In this document: positions 32,346-40,131 of the stretch, one piece after another
Position numbering within the stretch: position 1 is the first letter of the stretch
Layout of the letters: every line of letters begins with the position of its first letter
From: Octopus bimaculoides
Taxonomy: Eukaryota
Assembly (NCBI RefSeq): GCF_001194135.2
Contig: NC_068999.1
Span: forward strand, 17,108,206 to 17,148,336
DNA length: 40,131 nt
Reading direction: 5' to 3'
The notes under the pieces: model-generated
Told to the model about the DNA's origin: nothing
Seen by the model: only the letters and a program-made list of their open reading frames with translations
Database searches by the model: none
Position numbers and translations under genes: made by a program

Positions 32346-33159
32346 GTGTATCTATATGCGTGCGTCTGTATGTCTATAGAAGGAGTCTTATACTTAGAGG
32401 TGGTATAATACTCTTTGCGTTTAAACATTTATTCCTCTGTGTATGTGATTATGCGCAAATGCTTTTGCGCTGGGAATATGCTGACTTTCCCTTTCATATG
32501 TATTGCATGTGGAGATACTAAGTGCGGAGGTTTTACTTTGAAACCTGTCATAGACAGTGCATTATAACTTTAGCTATAACAATTAAGTTTCACATGATCT
32601 TACACGCATTGATGTACACAGGACCGTATAATACGCCCCTGGGAATGCATCAAGCTGGAATTACATACGCAGTCTTAGACTCCATCAGATCCTTCACGTC
32701 TGTTTTGCTGCCACAAGAAATATTTGTTGTACAATATATTTTTTTTTAAATGCAACAACTATATGTAGGAACGTGTATTCGTACGCGTCATTGTGTGCGC
32801 GTGTTCACTCTGGTGTTTGCGTGTGGGGGCTATCTGTGTATACGTATGTGTGTATGTACGTGTTCTTTTTTTATAGTCTCATTTTTAGCTTATTCAATAT
32901 ACATTATCACCTTCTAAAAAAGCTACATATCGCAAATCGTACTTGAAATTTACTCTAAGCTTATGAATTTTAAAATCTCTCTTTCAGTCTCTGTATCTTT
33001 CTCACAACATATATGAAGGGAGAGACAAGCAGCTAGATGTACACTCACATACGCACACACATGTATTTCCATAAGCGAATGTATGTATTCATTGGTGTTC
33101 CTCTCTGTATCACATTACACCCATACATACGAGAGTCATTGGGTGTCTGCAATTATATG

Positions 33160-33165
33160 TGCGTG

Positions 33166-33226
<61 letters not shown>

Positions 33227-33270
33227 CTCTCCCTATCTCTGTCTGTCTCTATCTCTCTATATATATGTAT
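33160..33270. repeat. (TA)n-(TG)n-(CT) compound microsatellite
   Basis: Direct reading. Confidence 0.93.
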
Positions 33271-34364
33271 GCGCATAAATCTATGTAAAAACGTACATAC
33301 AAGCATACATAAGCGTATGTGCGTGTGCGTATATGTGCTTGTAACTCTGTGTGTGTCTACATATATAAAGATACACATGCCTCAAGTAATCTTCATATAA
33401 CTCTCTCTCCTTATCCTTATTTCTATCTATAACTTTCTCCAAAGTTTCTAAGTATTTTTTCCCATCAGTTTATCAGTTGAATATATATTTTTTCGTTTAC
33501 TTTATGTTCTTTAAGTTTAATCTATCCATCAAACGTCTTTATCAATATCTGTATGAATATGTATAAGTATAACGAAGTAAAACCTCTACGAACAAGTGAA
33601 AGTGTATTCGTTTGGCAGGCATTCAAAGAGTAAATCTAGTAGCTGGTGGTCTCAAACAAAAGTTGTGTCTGAATTCCAATACTACGATGAACAAATTTTC
33701 GAATATTGGAACAACGCCAAAGTGAACGGAGAGTAATTTTCTTAGGTTAAACACGAGTAACAAAAACAAACACAACTGGTCAAACAATTTGTTTTCCTAT
33801 ATCCTGTACTAAATATCCATATATTTCGCTTTGCTTTCTTTCATTATATCATTTCTCCCCAGTTGCCGCTTGGTGGTGGTTAATAATATAGTACTATATG
33901 TCATATTAATACAGGGCTGAATATATGCTGTGGTTATTCGCTGTTATTATTATTATTATTATGGTTACTATTGTTATTTTTCTTGCAGATAAACTATCTA
34001 ACGGGTTCCGTGCTATTCTTTCCTCAGAAATCAAATATTTTTATTGGTTTTGGGTTGGGCTGGGATTAGACATCACTCACTCATTTTTATATAAGCTAGT
34101 ATTTCTAGATGAGACTTTATTTGCTTTTTTTTTCCTTTTTCTCAACTTCCTTCAATATTACTTCTATATATTACATTGCATAACCTCAGAGGGTGCAAAT
34201 TAGATATATAAGATATGTAAATGACATATATATGTAGGTAATAATTTTATATTCGGTTATACACCTTGTAGTAACAATTTGGCGGTGTACTCCACTGGAC
34301 CTGCTTAAAGAATACCTTTGTGTTCGTAGAGTTCATAAAAAATATGAGAGAGAGAAATGGAATT

Positions 34365-34556
34365 CAGGTGAACTTATGGAGATGCATAATACGCTACAAT
34401 TACCAATATGTATTGTCGTAGAAATAAGCGAAACAGCAAAAACAAAGAAATAAAAAATAAAAAAAAAGCGAGGTATTTTTTGAAAAGTCACCTGAAGAGG
34501 CACCTACAATGCACTACGACTGTTTGTGCAGCACCTCACCTGCAAAGTACAGGTGC
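34365..34556. promoter_or_regulatory. Cluster of CACCTG/CAGGTG E2-box motifs; candidate enhancer or silencer
   Basis: CAGGTG 34365, CACCTG 34489, CACCT 34501, CACCT 34532, CACCTG 34537, CAGGTG 34550. Motif density only. Confidence 0.3.
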
Positions 34557-34604
34557 ATGATTTGTTGAACCAAACGTAGTAAATAAAAAGTTTCGTGAAT
34601 GCCA

Positions 34605-34612
34605 TATATCTA

Positions 34613-34643
<31 letters not shown>

Positions 34644-34843
34644 ATATATATATATATATATATATATANNNNNNNNNNNNNNNNNNNNNNNNNNNNNNNN
34701 NNNNNNNNNNNNNNNNNNNNNNNNNNNNNNNNNNNNNNNNNNNNNNNNNNNNNNNNNNNNNNNNNNNNNNNNNNNNNNNNNNNNNNNNNNNNNNNNNNNN
34801 NNNNNNNNNNNNNNNNNNNNNNNNNNNNNNNNNNATATATATA
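34605..34843. other. (TATC)n-(TA)n and assembly gap 34669-34834
   Basis: Direct reading. Confidence 0.97.
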
Positions 34844-35918
34844 TGCACTGTTAACACTCTTAGTGAACTGCCAGAGGGGTATATGCATTTACTTATTTTA
34901 TTTTTTATATCACTTTACCTTATGATTTAAAAACCTCATTGATATCACGTGGACATTTCATATTTCTCGTTTCTAGTTACTTTATCATTAGATAATTATT
35001 TCAGATTTTCTGACCTGAAGGTCATGCCATTACGCTTATGTTACCAATCAAAAACATTATCACCATCATCATTATAATTACATTTCAAATTGCGGTGAAT
35101 TAGCAGCTTATCTAACAGAGTGACCTCCGTAATTTCGCCCACTCTCTACGTGCTCTGTTCTAATCACATTAAGATCGAATTTATACTTCACTATTTTTAG
35201 GTTCAATGAAGTAAATGTGCTGATGATATCGATTAAAAACTTCCTTTCAATTCAGATACTGTGCTAGGTGTCAGAAATAATCACTATTAAATTCTAGAGT
35301 TGACCGTTATCTTAAAACAGAAGACCTAAATATTTTTCTATTCATGGTGCACCGAAGATCAATGAGAAAAACTGAAAAGAAAATTTAAAAAATTAGTGCT
35401 ATATCAACACATTTTGATAAGAAAGAATACTAACTTTCAAGATGCTCAAATATTAGCATGAATTCTCTAGAATTTGTTTCCTTACGTTTGGGTGTCGAAT
35501 TTTTTTACAAGTTTGTGGATTTAATTTATTGCACAGAATCCCTACAATTGTGTTTCCAAGTGATGAGGATGATGTCAATTAGAGTTATAGTAGTTGGTAT
35601 TATATAGATATTACAAGTAGTTTGGCTGTGTTTACACCACCTTTGTGTTTTTGGACTAAATATTCAAATGTGTAGTTGAAAGGCAATAACATTTGCTTAG
35701 AGGTATATTTGTTGCTATTTCCAACTGCGTGAATGACCAGACAGATGTTCATTCATTTGTGCATGTGACATATTTATGACTGAGCAGAAATATGATAAAA
35801 GTGTTCCACCTGACCACCTCATATTTTGGGCTGTTCCTGACGACAGTATCTAATGAGCCTTTCTTTAAGGAAATAAAATAGGAATGATTCGTGAGAAGCT
35901 TGGCTAGTATTTTTACAG

Positions 35919-35951
35919 GGTAAATCGTTCACAGGCAGTTTAATAACTGCG
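35919..35951 (+). CDS. Candidate 33-nt phase 0/0 exon (GKSFTGSLITA)
   Basis: Acceptor tatttttacag, donor GCG|gtaaga, length divisible by 3, single open frame. Confidence 0.18.
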
Positions 35952-36719
35952 GTAAGAATAAACGAATAAAACATGTCACACTCACATTCATAGTATCAGA
36001 TGAATGAAAAGTGATGGGTACCTAAGAACTACCAAGGAGATGCAAACATGCAGCTAGTACGAATAATCTGTAAATATATCATCCTCATTCTTTAACTGGA
36101 ATGGCTAATTGCATAAAAAACTTCCATCTCAAGATTTCGTTACTCTTTTCCAATCTTATCGTGATAATTTCGATTATTAGAAGATACAAAGGTACGCATT
36201 TTAAATCAGATTTCAAAATAAAAGTATCTCCTGTCAATGCTTTATAAATCGTTAGTGACCATTAATTCGAGGTATTTGACGAAATGTAACAATGACATCC
36301 ATGCGCTCCTGTACATTCAAAAGAAGACGAGAAAAGGAGACGAACGAAAAATATACCTTTTGACATTTAACAGATGCTTAAACTTATGTCTAGTCAATAA
36401 TCAACAACCCTTTTCCTTCCAGTAACCTTCTTTTAAGTAGATATAATTACAAAAACAAAGAAAAATATGAGCGACGTACGAAAGATACAATTCTACTGCT
36501 TCTGTGCAATGGATAGTCACCTTCAATGGGCACAGCTTTCATAAGGTTCATTGAAAGATACCCGTACTGGTAGTCGTATCATTAGCCTTGTAATGAAGAA
36601 ATTTTTATTAAAATGGCATAAAAGGACAAAAACAGGATGTAAGAGAAAAAGAGATATTAGTTTTAGAGATCATGTTCTACCATTCATACTCAATATACTC
36701 CAAAACAGTGACTCAAATA

Positions 36720-36837
36720 CAATACACACACACACTCATATCATATCATATATGTATAGATATACATGCATAAATATCGAATTTATATATATTTTTATCT
36801 ATTTATATAAATATATACACAGATCTGTAAATAAAGT

Positions 36838-36872
<35 letters not shown>

Positions 36873-37140
36873 ATACTTATATTTTTATATGTACATACAT
36901 ATGTACATACATATATAATATATACATATATGTATATGTGTATTTACATATATATATATATATATATATATATACTAATATATAAATGCTTACATATATA
37001 TGCATATATATGTGTGTGTGTGTGCTTGTATGTTTGTGTGTACATGTGTGTATGCGTGTTTTTGTCTGTGTCTGTGTGTGTATCTGTGTATGACTATGTG
37101 TGCACTTGTATAAGCAAATATAAGTGCATAAGCACACAAA
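36720..37140. repeat. Degenerate TA/TG compound microsatellite
   Basis: Direct reading. Confidence 0.88.
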
Positions 37141-37190
37141 CCCCTGCTCACATATAAATAGGTTTCCCTCTTTGAAATCTCACATATTAT

Positions 37191-37297
37191 TCGAGGCAGT
37201 GGCAGAAGACGCTTCCTCAGCGTGTCGCGCAGTGGGATTTAATTTCTAACCACATGTTTGTGAAGCGAACTACTTTACTTAAGTCACCATGCCTGCA
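37191..37297 (-). mobile_element. Old family B SINE head
   Basis: tcgaggcagtggcagaagacgcttcctcagcgtgtcgcgcagtggg...aaccacatgtttgtgaagcgaac is the reverse complement of the head at 26293-26395. Confidence 0.7.
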
Positions 37298-39152
37298 GTT
37301 ATTATCAATATCAAAGACATAATTTAATAGGTGTCACACAATATAATGAGTTCTGGGAGTTACAAGAGTTGATATAACACATGGTGGGATAAAATGAATG
37401 GAAGATTGTCACGTTGAGTGTTAGAACATAGTATATCAGAATAAACCATAAATTGTACTACAATAGATATATTAGAAATAGCAAACAATTTTACCTCAAA
37501 TACAAGCCAACGGTTTAAACAGGAGAAGGATGTGTTTCATTATAATGTTGCTCGACTACGGCTGATTTATGGTTAAATAAAATGGACAAAATAACTCGAG
37601 CTACATAAACTCAACAGTAACAACAGTAAGTTGATATCAACCATAATTCAGTATTCGATTTCCAGGACCAGAAACGAAAACCTCCGGCGAACAGTGACTA
37701 CTGAAGCTGTTTGACTGAAGTATGTTGATAACTTAATCTTAAGACATACGAAGCTATTGACTATATTTTAATATAAGCTTATTTAGGCAGAATTTTGTAT
37801 CGATTATTTTCCAAAACCTAAGCAAAATAATCTCAATTTGAAAGTAAAATATGCCCCTATATTATATTCAAAATACACGCCTAAGAATGGCATAATGAAT
37901 TATTTTAGAAAAGGAACAGTGATTTTATTTAACTTCAAATTGACCTTAGTCAATATAAGTATCATTTTCCAGCGTCCTATGATTATTTCTTGATTTCCTG
38001 CCAAATTATTAAAATATCGAAAAAAAATTGTTTACAAGAGCTGCTGTCAGTTCATTAAAATAAGAAATTAATGAAAGAATTGCAAAAGTAGATGAACTTT
38101 TACCATCCAGAATTTTACGATCAAAAGTGGTATAATGCAAATAGTTTTAACACTATTGACATTAGTATAAAAGTGAGTAACATTCAGTCAAGGAGATTTT
38201 TCTAAATATTACCAAATACTATAGAACAAAGCCTTTATGAAGTGTTGCAAGTATTTTTTTTTTTATATATATAATTGAATATAGTATAAAAATGAAATAA
38301 CATTAGATATCATTCAATTTTATTATTTTGCTTAACGTTTCAGTAATTTGTGGAAAATATATTAAAGGCAATTACAAAAATTTGCTCTATAACATAGCAA
38401 TATATGGCTCCAGCATTAGAATGGAAAGGAAACACAATTTGCTAAATTTTGATCTGGAGTCAAATATTAATTATTTCCTCACAGCTGCAACATTAATAAA
38501 GCTTCATAGTATTTTGAACATTTAACAATTAATAATTAATATAAAATGGAAATATAGTAATATTGATTCCATTCTTTGATAGCCAAAAATATTTCAAAAT
38601 GTGGTTCGCAATAGAAATGTTGGCCTCACATTGTTTCCACATATTAAAGAATGATTGCCTCTTGATCTTTATCATCTGCAAATGGATGACGTTGTTTGCC
38701 TATATAATTTATTTTACATTTGATTTGGGAAACAAATGTAAAGTTTTATTTATCATATCGTTATAAAAGAAAATATCAATATCCAGGGACCAAATTTAAT
38801 TAAAAATAGAATGTTTTTTTTCGCCATGTACTCAGAAGTACTTGGAGATGGATGCCACTTGTTTGGGGATAATCCAAATCGGCTTCATGCACATGAACTA
38901 ATATTTAAATGTAATTTCAGCACTTGCAATTATTTCGAAATACGTTGGCATCTGGACGCAGAACAGAATGCTATATTTGATGTAGTTGGACATCAATGAA
39001 TGTTATAAAGATGCCTTCTTTTATATTTTTTTTTTTTTACTTCAAATCAAGATTACATAGATATGAATATCCAGAAAAAAACTGAGATTTTAATTAAGAT
39101 ATAAATCACGATTGTCCGTCAATATAAATTCCTTGCAATATTACAAATACTC

Positions 39153-39355
39153 AAGGTGGAGAGCTGTCAGAATCGTTAGCATGCAGGGCAAAATGCTAAG
39201 CGGCATTTCGTTCATCTTTACGCTTTGATTTCAAATTCCGCTTTGCCTTCATCATTTCAGCGTTAATAAAATAAATATCAATTGAATCATGGGGTCGTTG
39301 TCATCGACTAGCCCCGTCCACCCGAAAGCACTGGACTCATGCCAAAATTTGAAAT
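39153..39355 (+). mobile_element. Old family A SINE, tandem copy 1
   Basis: aaggtggagagctgtcagaatcgttagcatgcagggcaaaatgctaagcggcatttcg...ttcaaattccg...ggggtcg...gccaaaatttgaa. Confidence 0.85.
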
Positions 39356-39370
39356 TATTTTTACTAATAC

Positions 39371-39510
39371 TTTCAATTTCCGTCAACACCGACATTGTCT
39401 TTTATCCTTTTGGCGTCGCAAAAGTACCAGTTGTACACTGGGGTTGATGAAATCGACTTACTCCAAATGCCGGACTCGCTGGTCTTGTGCCAAAATTTGA
39501 AACTGATATT
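39371..39510 (+). mobile_element. Old family A SINE, tandem copy 2 (5'-truncated at the B box)
   Basis: ttttatccttttggcgtcg...aagtaccagttgtacactggggttgatgaaatcgactta...ggtcttgtgccaaaatttgaaac. Confidence 0.8.
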
Positions 39511-39522
39511 ACTAATGTTATT

Positions 39523-39660
39523 AAGGTTGCAAGCTGGCAATATGGTTACAACGCCTAGTAAAATGCCACCGGGGACAACTTCGCGTTTTATCCTGTCGGG
39601 GTCGATAAAATAAGTTTCAGTTGAACCCTGGGGACGATGAAGTCGAATTACCCCCCAGCG
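39523..39660 (+). mobile_element. Old family A SINE, tandem copy 3 (internal deletion)
   Basis: aaggttgcaagctggcaa...aaaatgcc...ggggtcgataaaataag...ctggggacgatgaagtcgaattacccc. Confidence 0.75.
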
Positions 39661-40131
39661 CCAACGTTACTATTACTTTCCTGTGTACATAGCGTAGCAA
39701 ATATATTTGGTTCTCTATAATGTTTGTCTTGTGCTGTTGCTTTTGGATCTTTGCGGCATGTGTTCAGATCATACTGAATTCAGCCTAACATTTGAGGTTG
39801 ATAAAACATAATATCCATCGAGTACTTGAATCGACAAATACAGCATGATTAACAAGTCTCGTGATTTAACATTAAAACTACTTCGTGTTTACTTTTGCAG
39901 TCCTTTAACGCAGTTAAGTCTACAACACGCATTTGAGCCTAGTTGTTTTGTTCAATGTCTACGAATTTTCAGCAGATAATGTGACTGCTACCGGCTGTAT
40001 CAACATCAATTTCATCTGTCTTTCAGTGAATGCTAATGGTCTTCCTCTTCTGATTAAATTACAAATAAATTGAAAGAGGTTTAAATGTCTCTAAAGCAAT
40101 AAAATTAATGATGTTATATAATATATATATA

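Noticed and set aside
33565-33735. Stop-free 51-codon stretch (NLYEQVKVYSFGRHSKSKSSSWWSQTKVVSEFQYYDEQIFEYWNNAKVNGE) and the acceptor-like site near 33988
   Set aside because: No start codon, no paired splice sites and no recognisable homology.
880-37157. Most ORF-track entries (poly-YI, CV, HT, RE, LS and X-rich ORFs)
   Set aside because: They are translations of microsatellites and N-gaps, with no coding signal.
37666-37719. Acceptor/donor-bounded 54-nt segment (tttccag ... gaa|gtatgt)
   Set aside because: Stop codons in all three frames. It could only be a UTR or non-coding exon, which the sequence alone cannot support.
38811-38999. 62-aa ORF with protein-like composition (EVLGDGCHLFGDNPNRLHAHEL...)
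   Set aside because: Short, no motif recognised, and the splice signals are weak.
1-40131. CRISPR array, rRNA, prokaryotic operon or terminator
   Set aside because: No constant repeat with unique spacers, no rRNA-like sequence and no gene-dense region. The DNA is clearly eukaryotic non-coding.

Overview
This is AT-rich, microsatellite-saturated eukaryotic DNA with 12 N-gaps, most flanked by (TA)n, (CA)n or (GA)n. The repeat content (tRNA-derived SINEs with GGCGGCGAGCTGGCAGAAACGTTAGC and GGCGCAGGAGTGGCTGTGTGGTAAG heads) points to an octopus genome. That species call is recognition from memory, not a search. No protein-coding gene can be identified. Almost all ORF-track entries are translated microsatellites, gaps or low-complexity DNA, so the window looks intronic or intergenic, with only a few low-confidence short exon candidates. 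Well-supported content: about 20 SINE copies or fragments from two families (two young copies have exact target-site duplications and two sit inside older SINEs), a decayed DD34D mariner transposase (about 29325-30115, +) that the ORF track misses, and a small hAT-like MITE. The most striking unexplained structure is three long inverted repeats made of otherwise unique sequence: 1288-1580 (about 82-bp arms, about 89% identical), 3727-4920 (about 255-bp arms, about 92%) and 21092-21254 (an old, about 163-bp hairpin). An inverted pair of young SINEs adds a fourth possible duplex. These would form long dsRNA if transcribed, which matters in a lineage known for heavy ADAR editing. Fold-back transposons are the simpler explanation, and I cannot claim a new biological system. 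All identities are hand counts.
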